A DNA stretch of 64,000 bases from a virus, in the IMG/VR virus record IMGVR_UViG_3300047551_003251, one strand, 5' to 3'. This document shows positions 45,268 to 55,371 of the stretch, piece after piece. The position numbers were made by a program, and so were the translations under genes. The notes beneath the pieces are model-generated. The model was not told the origin of the DNA and ran no database searches. It saw only the letters and a program-made list of their open reading frames with translations. Every line of letters starts with the position of its first letter. Positions within the stretch are counted from its first letter, which is position 1.

Positions 45268-46315
45268 TCGCGTACTCTGCCCACAGCTGTATGCGAAACT
45301 TAAAGCGGTATTCAAGGAAGTAAAAATAGCCAATGAAGGTGTTCCAATACAATGGAATCCGCAGTTAGACGCTAACGGTCAGTGGGAGTTTAATATTGTT
45401 GATGGCGGTGAATATTACCGCGTAAATTGTCCGTTTTGTGGTGATCGGCGTTTTCGCTTGTGGATCTGTCACATGTACGGTCAGTACACGGCGGACAACC
45501 GTGTATGTCTTACTTATCTAGCTACTTGTTTCAACGAGGAGCAGTGTCTACACGATCCGGAAAACCGTAAACGTTTGGCAAATTCAATCATTGGATTTCA
45601 AAACGTAAACGCTCGCGTTCCTGTGTTTGAAGTTCAAATGTCAGAAACGGTAGTAAGTCCAAGGCGGTATACGTCGCCGGGAACGTTGTTACCAATTGGT
45701 TCTTTGCCGCCTGTGCATCCTGCCGTGCAGTATTTACTGGAACCGCCTCCGGCAGGACGCGGTTACACGCCGGAGCTATGTGAGCACTACGACATATCGG
45801 TTTGTATTGAACCAAATCCAGACTACAAGTTTTTACGCAATCAAATTGTTTTTCCAATTAAGCAGTTTGGAGAAACGGTTGGTTGGCAGTCAAGAACTGT
45901 AGGACCGCCGGCGCCTGGATTTGCTAAGTACTTTACGATGCCGGGTCTTAAGAAAACCAGCATTCTTTACAACTTAGACAACGCGATAGGGAAACCTTTT
46001 GTAGTTGTGACCGAAGGTGTCACGGATGTGCATAGAGTAGGTGACTACGCGGTTGCAACGTTGGGTTGCTCGCTCCATATGCTTCAACGTCAGATAATTG
46101 AGCACTATTGGGCGGGTAAGCCGGTTGTGTTTTTATGGGATCCAGAAGCTATTGATGAGCACAAGGACGTTATTGATGAGTTTCAGCAGCGCCACGCTGG
46201 ACCTGTAGTAGTAGTTAAACTACCTGCTGGAACAGACCCTGGAAGTTTGAAACCTGAAGTGACATGGGGTTACATCCAACAAACCGCAAGGAGCCAAAAT
46301 GTACACCTCTACTGA
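45260..46315 (+). CDS. DnaG-type DNA primase
   Basis: CPFCGD Zn finger, IVFPI...GWQSR, KY, TOPRIM VTEGVTD...FLWD. Confidence 0.82.
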   Translation: MSSRVLCPQLYAKLKAVFKEVKIANEGVPIQWNPQLDANGQWEFNIVDGGEYYRVNCPFCGDRRFRLWICHMYGQYTADNRVCLTYLATCFNEEQCLHDPENRKRLANSIIGFQNVNARVPVFEVQMSETVVSPRRYTSPGTLLPIGSLPPVHPAVQYLLEPPPAGRGYTPELCEHYDISVCIEPNPDYKFLRNQIVFPIKQFGETVGWQSRTVGPPAPGFAKYFTMPGLKKTSILYNLDNAIGKPFVVVTEGVTDVHRVGDYAVATLGCSLHMLQRQIIEHYWAGKPVVFLWDPEAIDEHKDVIDEFQQRHAGPVVVVKLPAGTDPGSLKPEVTWGYIQQTARSQNVHLY

Positions 46316-49300
46316 TTTGCTTAAAGTTTTTAGCACGATTTACACCGGGCAAGCTTCTGATTTATTGGAAGAGCATTTTCCGTTTTTTCCTTTAACCAGT
46401 TATGGTATGCCGTTGCCTGGGCAGGGGTTTATAGCTTCTGCGGTCAATTTAGGTGATACGCCACCAAAGACATGTCGTCTAGGGACGACCGTAAGTTTAT
46501 CGGATTGTGGTCCTAACCTTCATTACTTGTACCGACGCGCTCTTTATGACAGCAAAATGACTGTCCCGGTTGTACATAAAGGCATTACGCGAAATGTGCA
46601 GATTATCACTGGTCATCGCGCTGATGTTGATCCGTCTAAGTTTATAGCCGGACCGACAGATTGTCGAATCATGATCATAGGTAAATGCCCAAATGAAGAG
46701 GAGTTTAGGCAAGGTCGTAATTTTGTAGGAAGCGCCGGCGTAATACTCTTAAACGCGTTGTCAGAAGCTGGTGTTAGCAACAGCGAGTTGCATACATGGT
46801 ATTTGACTAATGTGTGTAAGTGGGGTTTGCTGGAAGGTAGCAGTACACTACCAAAAGCGCACATTAAGGAATGCGCGGTGCTGCTGGAGCAGGAAATACG
46901 CTTAGTTCGACCAGACTACATTCTGTGCCTTGGGTCAGATGCCTCAAAGCATTTGTTGGGTTCAGAGTTTGGTGTGCAAGCTATGGCTGGTCGGGTGGAG
47001 CAACGGCAGTTTCACTTATCGCGAACAAGCGAGCCGGGTGAGACGTTTACGTGTAAAATTATGGCGGTGCAACATCCTGCCAATATTGTGCGTACGCCGG
47101 AGCTGTATGACAACTTTGCTAAACAGATTTCGTCTTTTGTTAAATTAACACAAGGCGGCAGTTTGGGTGGTTACGAGAAGGGAATTAAACACGTAAACAT
47201 CTACACGGCAGAGCACCTGCAGCAGGTTATTGACGAGATTAAATCTGACCCTGATCCTTGGCGCCGGTTAATTGCAGTTGACTGCGAGTGGCACGGCGAG
47301 CGTCCAGAGGATCCAGGTGCTTATTTACGTACCGTCCAGTTCAGCACGCGGCACAAGGAAGCCTACACTGTCGTATTACGACATGCGGGCGGTGCAGATG
47401 CGTTTGTACCAACTGCGGACGCGGCGCGGGAGAAGTTGCGGCAGTTGTTATTAACTGACGATGCCACAAATTGGCGCCCTAGAATTGGTGGTCACATGTT
47501 ACGTGCTGACTTACCCTGGCTGATACATTTTGGGGTAGATTGCCGTGCTGAGTATGCGCCTGCGGCGCGCCCGGAATTGTGTCGAAACGAAGGTGGTTGG
47601 GATACAAGTCTTATGTACCATGCCGTTAACGAGTCAACTTCGTATCGGCTTACGGATATGGTGCTAAGACTGACGCAAGCACCGCGTTACGACATTATGC
47701 TGGATGACTGGAAAGAAGATTTTTGCCGAGAGCACAAACTTAAAGCAAAAGATCTTGAAGGTTACGGTATGTGTCCTTCGTGGGTCATGTATCCCGAACC
47801 GTGGGAGCGTAATCATAACTACGCGGCGTATGACGCAGATGTTACGCGCCGCATAGCGATGTTGCATTTTGCAGAGATTGGCGATAATTCGTTAGATACC
47901 GATGTTTTTGGTGAAAGTTCCTGGGAGCCATATTGGATTGCGCATCGCGCCAGTCTCGGTTTCTTGGAAATGGAGCTTAACGGCATTGCTATCGACCGCA
48001 AACGACTTGACGATTTGACAGGTACGTTTAGTTGGGGTTACCAAGAATTGCTTGAAGATTTTCGTCAGAAAATTTCGTGGCAAGACTTTAACCCAAATAG
48101 CTCCGCGCATTGTATTGCGTTTTTGTTTGGCGACACTTACGCGCGTAAACTGAATAAAGACACGCAGTCGTTTCAAGTAATTAAACCAAGCGAAGCGTTG
48201 AGCTTAAATTTAACGCCGATTAAAGCTACCGGTAAACCGCCGATGTTATGGGAAGATGTAGTAGCGAACAATAAAACAAAATTGGTTTCGCCATCTACAG
48301 ACAAGGAAGTTTTAGGAATCTTGGGGCACAAGCACCCCTTGGCAATGCAACTGCGCGACTTAAAATTTATCGGACAAGTGTTGAAGTTTACTTTACGCAG
48401 TCCGAACACAGATGAAGGTGGTGTAGCAAGTACGGACGAAGACGGATTCTTTGAGTATGATGGTGGACTGCCGTCGTACATAAATGAAGACAACCGCATT
48501 CGTACACACTTGTCGCAATTAAAGGAGACAGGTCGGGCATCCAGTTATAGGCCCAACTTGCAAAATCAGACAAAGCGCCGCGAGGATGATTACAGGCGCA
48601 TCTTTGGTTTTTATAAGACTGATGCGGAGGGGCGACAAGTTCATGTAGGCGACTACAAAAACTTGTTTAAGACTCCGCTGTATAAGTATCCACTGCGTTC
48701 AGTTTTCAGTGCGGCGCCGGGAACGGTGTTGGTAGAAGCTGATTTCAAGGGCGCAGAGTTGGCGATGTTAGCGTGGATGGCTGGTGACAGTGTAATGGCT
48801 GATCACGTGGCTAGAAACAATCTTCCGTCAAGTCACCCGGATTTTTATGACATCCACAGCCGCATGGCTGTTTCCGCTTTCCATCTTGATTGTGAACCAA
48901 CTAAAAAAGGTTTGGAAAAGATTGGCAGGCCGGGAACGCGTGTGGCGGCCAAAAATGTGGTGTTTGGTGTGCCTTACGGAAGACAGGCTGCAGCTATTCA
49001 GCGGCAGTGTAAAGAAGAAGGTGTTGATATTACGCTACCGGACGCGCAAAAACTTATTGAAATGTATTTTAAGCTGTATCCAGCTGTGGAAACATTTCTT
49101 AAGGAGTGTCGCAGTCGGTCGCAAGATGAACAATGGCTGGCCGGCTGCTTTGGAAGGCGTAGGCGCTTTACTAAAACGTTTGATAGAAAGATTATTGGAG
49201 AGCAAGAACGGCAGGCGCAAAATTTCACCATTCAAAACGGTGTTGCAGATGCCATGAATTGCGCGATTTACAATTTTGTTACGTTTAGGCAGCAGAACCC

Positions 49301-49601
49301 GCAGTACAAGTTTAAGTTGTTACTGCAAATCCACGACGCGCTGTTGTTCGAAGTTCCGATTACAGAACTACGACCATTTTTGATCGGTGTGGATAACACA
49401 GAAGCAATTCTGAAAAAATGCATGTCTACCGACGTACCAGTGTTACCTAGAAAATTAGATGGATCTCCCATGGATGTAACAGAGCCTTATCGATTCGGTT
49501 TCGATGCTGAAATTTACATTAACTGGGGTGTGGCACCAACAGATGACGAGCTAGTTGCTGTTGGCATAGATGCTGAAATGTTGAAAGAACTGGCTCACTA
49601 G
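46299..49601 (+). CDS. polA: Family A DNA polymerase with N-terminal family-4 UDG-like domain and 3'-5' exonuclease (SPO1-type architecture)
   Basis: IIGKCPN..E...GRNFVG..G..L, LTNVCK, LG..A, HPA; VDCEW; ADFKGAELAMLA, AAKNVVFGVPYG, QIHDALLFE. Confidence 0.92.
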   Translation: MYTSTDLLKVFSTIYTGQASDLLEEHFPFFPLTSYGMPLPGQGFIASAVNLGDTPPKTCRLGTTVSLSDCGPNLHYLYRRALYDSKMTVPVVHKGITRNVQIITGHRADVDPSKFIAGPTDCRIMIIGKCPNEEEFRQGRNFVGSAGVILLNALSEAGVSNSELHTWYLTNVCKWGLLEGSSTLPKAHIKECAVLLEQEIRLVRPDYILCLGSDASKHLLGSEFGVQAMAGRVEQRQFHLSRTSEPGETFTCKIMAVQHPANIVRTPELYDNFAKQISSFVKLTQGGSLGGYEKGIKHVNIYTAEHLQQVIDEIKSDPDPWRRLIAVDCEWHGERPEDPGAYLRTVQFSTRHKEAYTVVLRHAGGADAFVPTADAAREKLRQLLLTDDATNWRPRIGGHMLRADLPWLIHFGVDCRAEYAPAARPELCRNEGGWDTSLMYHAVNESTSYRLTDMVLRLTQAPRYDIMLDDWKEDFCREHKLKAKDLEGYGMCPSWVMYPEPWERNHNYAAYDADVTRRIAMLHFAEIGDNSLDTDVFGESSWEPYWIAHRASLGFLEMELNGIAIDRKRLDDLTGTFSWGYQELLEDFRQKISWQDFNPNSSAHCIAFLFGDTYARKLNKDTQSFQVIKPSEALSLNLTPIKATGKPPMLWEDVVANNKTKLVSPSTDKEVLGILGHKHPLAMQLRDLKFIGQVLKFTLRSPNTDEGGVASTDEDGFFEYDGGLPSYINEDNRIRTHLSQLKETGRASSYRPNLQNQTKRREDDYRRIFGFYKTDAEGRQVHVGDYKNLFKTPLYKYPLRSVFSAAPGTVLVEADFKGAELAMLAWMAGDSVMADHVARNNLPSSHPDFYDIHSRMAVSAFHLDCEPTKKGLEKIGRPGTRVAAKNVVFGVPYGRQAAAIQRQCKEEGVDITLPDAQKLIEMYFKLYPAVETFLKECRSRSQDEQWLAGCFGRRRRFTKTFDRKIIGEQERQAQNFTIQNGVADAMNCAIYNFVTFRQQNPQYKFKLLLQIHDALLFEVPITELRPFLIGVDNTEAILKKCMSTDVPVLPRKLDGSPMDVTEPYRFGFDAEIYINWGVAPTDDELVAVGIDAEMLKELAH

Positions 49602-49610
49602 GAGATGTTT

Positions 49611-51098
49611 ATGTCTTTTGCTTCTAATGAAAAGCGGTATTCCTTGGCAGAGCACGGTACCGGTTCGCAGCGCGAATCGTCACTTAATCGTGTGTTACGG
49701 CAAGATGCGCGCGGTTTGTTTTACTACGGGCTAAATTATGCGGAGAACGGCACCAACGTAATCCGCATCTGGCCCAACATTACGCACGACGAGCATGGTA
49801 ACAAAGTATGGACGCCATTTCGTAACAGTCTTGATGTGCCGATGGATTTTGGTGATTGGATTCGCCGTTATCCGGTCGCACGTAAGATCGCTGGTACGCA
49901 TCTGACGTTTATTATTGGCGACCCTGCGCGTGAATATGATTTCAGCCAAAAGCCTATTAATGTGTTGCATGATGCAGTACAGAAGGCAATTAAAGCTGGA
50001 CAGGAACGTCCGGGCTGGAGTCGTTTGGTGGATCGTAGCGCTACTGGGCAGTTGCTGCAGAAATCGCAGTACATCTATCTAGTGCAATGCGGTTTGTTTA
50101 TGCACGGGACCAAGTCGGCATTTAAGGACGGCAAAGGTTTTCCTGGCGTGCATCCTGACTGCTATGGTGTAGTTATGGAGCTGACTGAATCTGCTGGTCG
50201 TAATATGTTGACCATGATGGATCAGCGCCGCGAGGTTTCTAGTGACGTAGCTTACGATGACTTTGAGGCTCGGTTTGTTAATGGCGACCCGATCTCTTGG
50301 GATCACGGTCGATTTGTAGTGTTTTACCGAAGGCAGGATGGTGATCCGCGCGTTCGTCGTGCCTACAGTTCGTCACCTGCATCAATCAGCCCGCTTGGTT
50401 CTTTAAACGTTGGCGCAGCCACGCAAAAAGGTTCAACCGGCGGTTATGATTGTTTTATCGAGTCCGTTGCCGAGGTTCCGCCGCAGGGTATGATCAATGC
50501 GATTACGCCTGCAGAACTTCGTACGTCAATTGAGTCGAAGATTAAACCGTGGGATGATATTCTGTGGTTCCCAAGTGAGATTGAGCAGGCGCACATGATT
50601 GCTCCGCTTTATCCTGCTGATCTGGTCATGTACGCGTTTGGTGACCGGCCGGAGTGGATTCCTGATGCTGTACGCGCGGCAGCCGTGGGTGCAGTTTCAG
50701 CTGCGGTTCCTGCTGGTTTAAATTACGGTGCTGCGACGACTTATCAGCAGCGGGACGTAGCGCCTGCTCCGGTAGTTGCAATGCAACCTGTGCCGCAAGC
50801 ATTTGGTCAACCGGTTTCGCGACCTGTTACTGTAGATAAGGCTATGCAGCAGTTATCGAGTCCACCTGTAGGATTTGGTACAGTACACGTAGCGCCAGAA
50901 GCAAGTACAGTTTCAACAGCTGTGCCGGGTTTTGCAGCGGCTGCGCCTGTAACTGAGTTTGTTGTACAGTCTACTGTTCCTGTAGCAGATCCGCCGGCAG
51001 CGGCGCCTCCTGCAAGCAGCAGTGCGCCTGTTAATTCTGCTGAAGCAGCTGCTGCATACGCACTTAATTTGGTGCGTAACGCAAGTAACAAGCAGTAA
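49611..51098 (+). CDS. Putative ssDNA-binding/recombination protein with Pro/Ala-rich tail
   Basis: SD AGGAG; NVIRIWP; position between polA and recA; function inferred only. Confidence 0.4.
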   Translation: MSFASNEKRYSLAEHGTGSQRESSLNRVLRQDARGLFYYGLNYAENGTNVIRIWPNITHDEHGNKVWTPFRNSLDVPMDFGDWIRRYPVARKIAGTHLTFIIGDPAREYDFSQKPINVLHDAVQKAIKAGQERPGWSRLVDRSATGQLLQKSQYIYLVQCGLFMHGTKSAFKDGKGFPGVHPDCYGVVMELTESAGRNMLTMMDQRREVSSDVAYDDFEARFVNGDPISWDHGRFVVFYRRQDGDPRVRRAYSSSPASISPLGSLNVGAATQKGSTGGYDCFIESVAEVPPQGMINAITPAELRTSIESKIKPWDDILWFPSEIEQAHMIAPLYPADLVMYAFGDRPEWIPDAVRAAAVGAVSAAVPAGLNYGAATTYQQRDVAPAPVVAMQPVPQAFGQPVSRPVTVDKAMQQLSSPPVGFGTVHVAPEASTVSTAVPGFAAAAPVTEFVVQSTVPVADPPAAAPPASSSAPVNSAEAAAAYALNLVRNASNKQ

Positions 51099-51122
51099 TT
51101 GTGGTAAGTTGATGTTAGTTCG

Positions 51123-51151
51123 AGCCCGGCGCTTCGGCGTCGGGCTTTTTT
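51123..51151 (+). terminator. Intrinsic terminator
   Basis: AGCCCGGCGC-TTCG-GCGTCGGGCT-TTTTT. Confidence 0.85.
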
Positions 51152-51169
51152 GTCGTAAAGGAGTAAGTG

Positions 51170-52837
51170 ATGAGTGATATTGAAGCCAAGAGCAGACGCG
51201 GCGGATTACGAGCGGTAATAAGAGATTTAATTTATTCTTTTCCGGCAGATGAATTGCCAAACCTGCAAACAAAAGATGTGTTGGATAAGCTGCGCGGTGA
51301 AGGTATTGAAATTACCGCAAGCGCGAGAAGTTCAACAAGCGTCTTGCTTAAGGAAGCAAAAGAATCAAAGCCTGCACGGGCAAAGAAAAGTGGTAAGTCG
51401 CAGCTTATTGATTCGGAAAAGCCAAGTAAACGTAAGTCGAAGAGTATCGAGGCAGAAGCTGCGCCAGCTGCAGTTAAAAACAATATTCTTGACAGGTCTA
51501 TGCATAATTTGATGAAAACCTTGATGAACGAAAAGGGATCGTCAAATTTAATTGACAATCAAAAGCAGGCGGAGTTGGTTGGTTTACCCATTCCAAGTTT
51601 GATGCTTCAGTATGTATTGGGTACAAGTGTTCTTCCGCTTTCTCGTATTTTCCAAATTGTAGGTGAAGAAGGTTCTTGCAAAAGTTCTTTTCTTTACGAG
51701 ATCATGCGCTGGTTCTGTATCTATGGTGGTGTTTCAATCATCGGCGAAAACGAGAACAAGGACGCGAAGGATCTGCGTGAGGCTATTTTGCAGCACAATC
51801 AAGATTTCATGAATCGCGTGGCGACCTTTCCGACCAAATGCGTGGAAGATTGGCAAGTGTTAATTTCGCGCACGGTTCAAAGTAATAAAGAAGTTATGGT
51901 TGGTACGCCAAAAGCGCCAGGGACTGGTAAAACTTATCCAGTGTTAATTGGCGTAGACTCTATTAAGGGTACCGGCCTGCGTTCTGCGATTCAGAAGATT
52001 ATGGATGAAGGTTTTGCCAGTTTGGAATTTCCAAAAATGGCTGCCGTTATTACGCAGTTCATGCAGTCGATTCCAGAGCAGATTGGTGGCTTTCCGTTCT
52101 TGGTGGTTGGTACAAATCACTTGAAGCCGAGTGTCAATCAAGTTAATCCCAACATCCCGGTAGAGAATGTTCCGGGAGGTAAGTCTCTCAAGTTTATGGA
52201 GACTTATGAAATTAAGATGGAAAAACTTGGTTACATTGACAAAGCCTCTCGCGAAGGTGTCAGGTTGCGTTTCCGTTGCCGCAAATCTGCTACGGGTCCG
52301 ACCAAGCGGTTTGGCGATGCTAACTTTGTTTGGGAGTACGTTACCGATGAAGTTCCATTAGTTGATGATAGTGGGAATCCTGTCATCGATCAGGAAACCG
52401 GCGAATACGAGATGACTGAAAAGATGACTCAGCACGCTTGGTGGGATTGGTACGAGGCTGACATTGAGTTCATACTCAGCTGGTTGAGTGATTACCGCAA
52501 GAAGGTAACGTTTGGTAAAAAGTTGTTGGGTATCGTAGACTTGCAAGAGCATGTTTCTACGAAAGGTAAAACAGTGTCATCAAAGGCACTTGGTATTAGC
52601 GCTGATAAACCAGTGTCTTATACCGAAGCAGGACGGTTGTTGCACGGACGCCCTGATTTGTTGCAAAAGTTGCGTAATGCATTGGGTATTATTGACCGTA
52701 CGGTTTTTAAGCCAGGTGTCGATTACGCAAAACAAGTACAAGAAGCTGCGGCGGCCGAGCGCGCGCGTACTGCAGCAAATCCAAATCAGGAAAAGTTTTT
52801 AGACGCCGCAGACGTTTTTGAAGATGACGAGGAGTAA
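51170..52837 (+). CDS. recA: RecA/UvsX-like recombinase with N-terminal extension
   Basis: LPLSRIFQIVGEEGSCKS, IGVDSI, TNHLK, PGGKSLKF. Confidence 0.85.
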   Translation: MSDIEAKSRRGGLRAVIRDLIYSFPADELPNLQTKDVLDKLRGEGIEITASARSSTSVLLKEAKESKPARAKKSGKSQLIDSEKPSKRKSKSIEAEAAPAAVKNNILDRSMHNLMKTLMNEKGSSNLIDNQKQAELVGLPIPSLMLQYVLGTSVLPLSRIFQIVGEEGSCKSSFLYEIMRWFCIYGGVSIIGENENKDAKDLREAILQHNQDFMNRVATFPTKCVEDWQVLISRTVQSNKEVMVGTPKAPGTGKTYPVLIGVDSIKGTGLRSAIQKIMDEGFASLEFPKMAAVITQFMQSIPEQIGGFPFLVVGTNHLKPSVNQVNPNIPVENVPGGKSLKFMETYEIKMEKLGYIDKASREGVRLRFRCRKSATGPTKRFGDANFVWEYVTDEVPLVDDSGNPVIDQETGEYEMTEKMTQHAWWDWYEADIEFILSWLSDYRKKVTFGKKLLGIVDLQEHVSTKGKTVSSKALGISADKPVSYTEAGRLLHGRPDLLQKLRNALGIIDRTVFKPGVDYAKQVQEAAAAERARTAANPNQEKFLDAADVFEDDEE

Positions 52838-53434
52838 ATGTCTTTAGATGATCCGATGGGTGGAATTTTTGAACGTCTTGGCCAGCCGGGAACTTACAAA
52901 GAAGCGGCGCAGCAGTACCGACGCGAGTCGTTTCAGGTAGCCTGCGTAAAACGTATTCTTGCATGGGCTTTTCCGGGACGGCAGACGGTTAAATTTGTAA
53001 AGTTGGCAGAAGTAGAGTCAGCTACCGGTGTACCTGACTTTAATTGGTTTCACCACCATTTTCAAAGTTTCCCAGTCATGTTAGCTGGTGTAAACATAAC
53101 CGGTGCAAATTGGCATTTGTCCAATCTTTGGGGCAACAAGTTTGCAAAGCATCCAATTTACCAGGCTTATCACGAGGCTGCTGAAGTTGCTAATGTTGAT
53201 TTAGATAAAGAAGGCTTTGCGTTGTTGACCCGCTGTACTAATTTTGACGGTACGGCGGTGTTGGCGATGCATAACCTACGCGTTGCGGTAGACACGACTA
53301 AGTGTGTTGAGGAGCACGGTATTGGTAATAAGCACAACACAAGAATTGTGCGCATTTACCGCAACCGGCTGTACTGCATTGAAGATATGTTGTCGATGCT
53401 TGAGCTTATAGGGCGTGATTGGGCTAGCGAATGA
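52838..53434 (+). CDS. Hypothetical protein
   Basis: TAAATG coupling. Confidence 0.65.
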   Translation: MSLDDPMGGIFERLGQPGTYKEAAQQYRRESFQVACVKRILAWAFPGRQTVKFVKLAEVESATGVPDFNWFHHHFQSFPVMLAGVNITGANWHLSNLWGNKFAKHPIYQAYHEAAEVANVDLDKEGFALLTRCTNFDGTAVLAMHNLRVAVDTTKCVEEHGIGNKHNTRIVRIYRNRLYCIEDMLSMLELIGRDWASE

Positions 53435-54561
53435 TTCGCGAACTACCACTTTATGTTTCGACTGCGCATGCTTCTTACAACGGGCAGCAATTTAAACAGT
53501 TGCAAGAAGATGTACGAAGCGCGCAGTTAAACACAAAGTTGATTGATCTGTATTCTTCTCGGCAGTTGTTCTTACTTGAAAATGCAACTACAGATGAAGG
53601 ATACGTATACACGAAGCAAGCGTTTACGCAGCTTTGCGTATTGGCAGCGCCGGGTTTAACCCGGTTGCTGCAGGATCTTTCTGGGACAATTCCACGCCGC
53701 TACGATACGTTATACGATGCTCAGCTGGCTATTCGCACGTTCAACGCAGTGTTAAATACACGTTTTAGAAGCATTGAACGTTTTCTCATGGTGCTCGATT
53801 CGCACCGGCGTCAAATCATTGGGTTTGTTCCAGCCCGGAATTATTTGTTAGATAACCAAACCTGGCTGGATAAGATACTTGAGTCGTTTACCGTTTTTGA
53901 TCAAAACTTGTCATTTGTAGGTGCGCGATCAGAAGGTCGCGCACTTGCGTTGTGGTTTAGAAGCAAAACACAGGCGGCAAGCGCAATTGTCAATCAAGAA
54001 CGTATTGCGATGTTTGACGGCGTGTATTACTGCAACGGCGAAGCTTTAAATAGTGCTGTGCGCGGTGTTCGTGCCTGTTTTAGTTCAGCCGGCATATTGC
54101 TTGGAGGCTTTAAAGATTACGGCAGTACAGTTCGCCATTCCAGCGTTGACTTTGAATCTTCTTTTGACCAGTTACTTGAAAAAGTTGCGGTTGCTGAGTT
54201 GCCTATCAGTGAACTAGCGAATGCGCTGGCAACACTGGCGAAAAAGAAACTGGTTACTAACTTTGCGACCATGCGTAGTGTGCGCAGTATTAAACGCGCT
54301 TTAACTTCACAGTTGACGGAGTTTAAAGTGCGGGGTGCGGTAGCTAACAGCGCTATTGATCGCGCGCTTTACGGTGACCGTTCAGTTGATGATTACTTAG
54401 AAGATGATACGTTTTTGTCGGCGCTTGCAAACAAAAACTGGGCAGAGCTGCTGCTTGCGATTCTTAAAGACGCTAAGCGGTATTCTTTTGCGCGACGTGA
54501 ACAAATTGAACAAGCTATTTTTGATTTTCTAATTAACTCTGAAGGAGACAGTGATGTCTAG
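53431..54561 (+). CDS. DUF932-like protein
   Basis: AFTQLC..AAPG...IIGFV...Y.LDN pattern. Confidence 0.4.
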   Translation: MIRELPLYVSTAHASYNGQQFKQLQEDVRSAQLNTKLIDLYSSRQLFLLENATTDEGYVYTKQAFTQLCVLAAPGLTRLLQDLSGTIPRRYDTLYDAQLAIRTFNAVLNTRFRSIERFLMVLDSHRRQIIGFVPARNYLLDNQTWLDKILESFTVFDQNLSFVGARSEGRALALWFRSKTQAASAIVNQERIAMFDGVYYCNGEALNSAVRGVRACFSSAGILLGGFKDYGSTVRHSSVDFESSFDQLLEKVAVAELPISELANALATLAKKKLVTNFATMRSVRSIKRALTSQLTEFKVRGAVANSAIDRALYGDRSVDDYLEDDTFLSALANKNWAELLLAILKDAKRYSFARREQIEQAIFDFLINSEGDSDV

Positions 54562-55360
54562 ACTTTCTATTGCAGAAAAAGCCAGTCGTGTAGTTGTTGT
54601 GCAGCCAACGCGTGGTGTCAAGCAGCGCAATTCCGCGTTAAGCGGTATGAACGACGCGCTGCAGCAAAAACTAAATGTTGTAGAGTCGATGCTGTCGGAA
54701 TTTTCTAAAAACAGCATCATGTTTAATTACGAGCTTGGTACTGTAGTTAAAGAAATTCGGCTGCAACCTAAAAAGTTTGGTGGTGATTCGGCCATGCAAC
54801 TTTTAGAGCAAGCGCTACCTGGCCGCGCTGATTTGATTCGGCGCGCTGTTCAGTTTGCAATTGAGATGACCAAAGCCGATGCCGAGCAGCTATCGGAGCT
54901 GTCTAACCCTGACGCGGCATTCCAGTTAAACTGGGGGCATATTGTAGTATTGTTGACGCTTAAAAATCAGGAACAGCGGCTGGCATTTGCGCGGCGTGCG
55001 ATTGCTGATGTGCTTGACCCAAAATCGTTACACAAGCTTATTCAAAGCAAAACCGGCAAGAAAAATAATGGCGGTCGGCCGCATAAATTGCCTGCTACGA
55101 TACCAGCTCAACTTCGCCAGGTTATGGCAAAAACAACGGATTGGGTCGCTAAACACGATGAAGTTTGGGATGGTGATGATGTTAGTACCTTCACTAACAT
55201 GCTGGAATGTTCGCCTGATGACGTAGACGTTGAAATGCTGGACAACGCCAAGGCTACGCGGGAAGCTTTAGCTAAAATGGCGGAGCTGGCGCAAAAAGAT
55301 GTCGATACGTTTGATAAGATTATTGAGCGTATTGAACAGTGTCTGCGTAACGAAGTTTAA
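54554..55360 (+). CDS. DUF1016 N-terminal-like DNA-binding protein
   Basis: YELG..V; LNWGHIVVLLTL....QRLAFA..AI......L..LI; GGRP hook. Confidence 0.5.
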   Translation: MSRLSIAEKASRVVVVQPTRGVKQRNSALSGMNDALQQKLNVVESMLSEFSKNSIMFNYELGTVVKEIRLQPKKFGGDSAMQLLEQALPGRADLIRRAVQFAIEMTKADAEQLSELSNPDAAFQLNWGHIVVLLTLKNQEQRLAFARRAIADVLDPKSLHKLIQSKTGKKNNGGRPHKLPATIPAQLRQVMAKTTDWVAKHDEVWDGDDVSTFTNMLECSPDDVDVEMLDNAKATREALAKMAELAQKDVDTFDKIIERIEQCLRNEV

Positions 55361-55371
55361 GGAGTTATTGT

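Noticed and set aside
26567-49601. Inteins or introns in terminase, helicases or polymerase
   Set aside because: No C/S...HN splice-junction blocks or LAGLIDADG inserts; the motifs are continuous.
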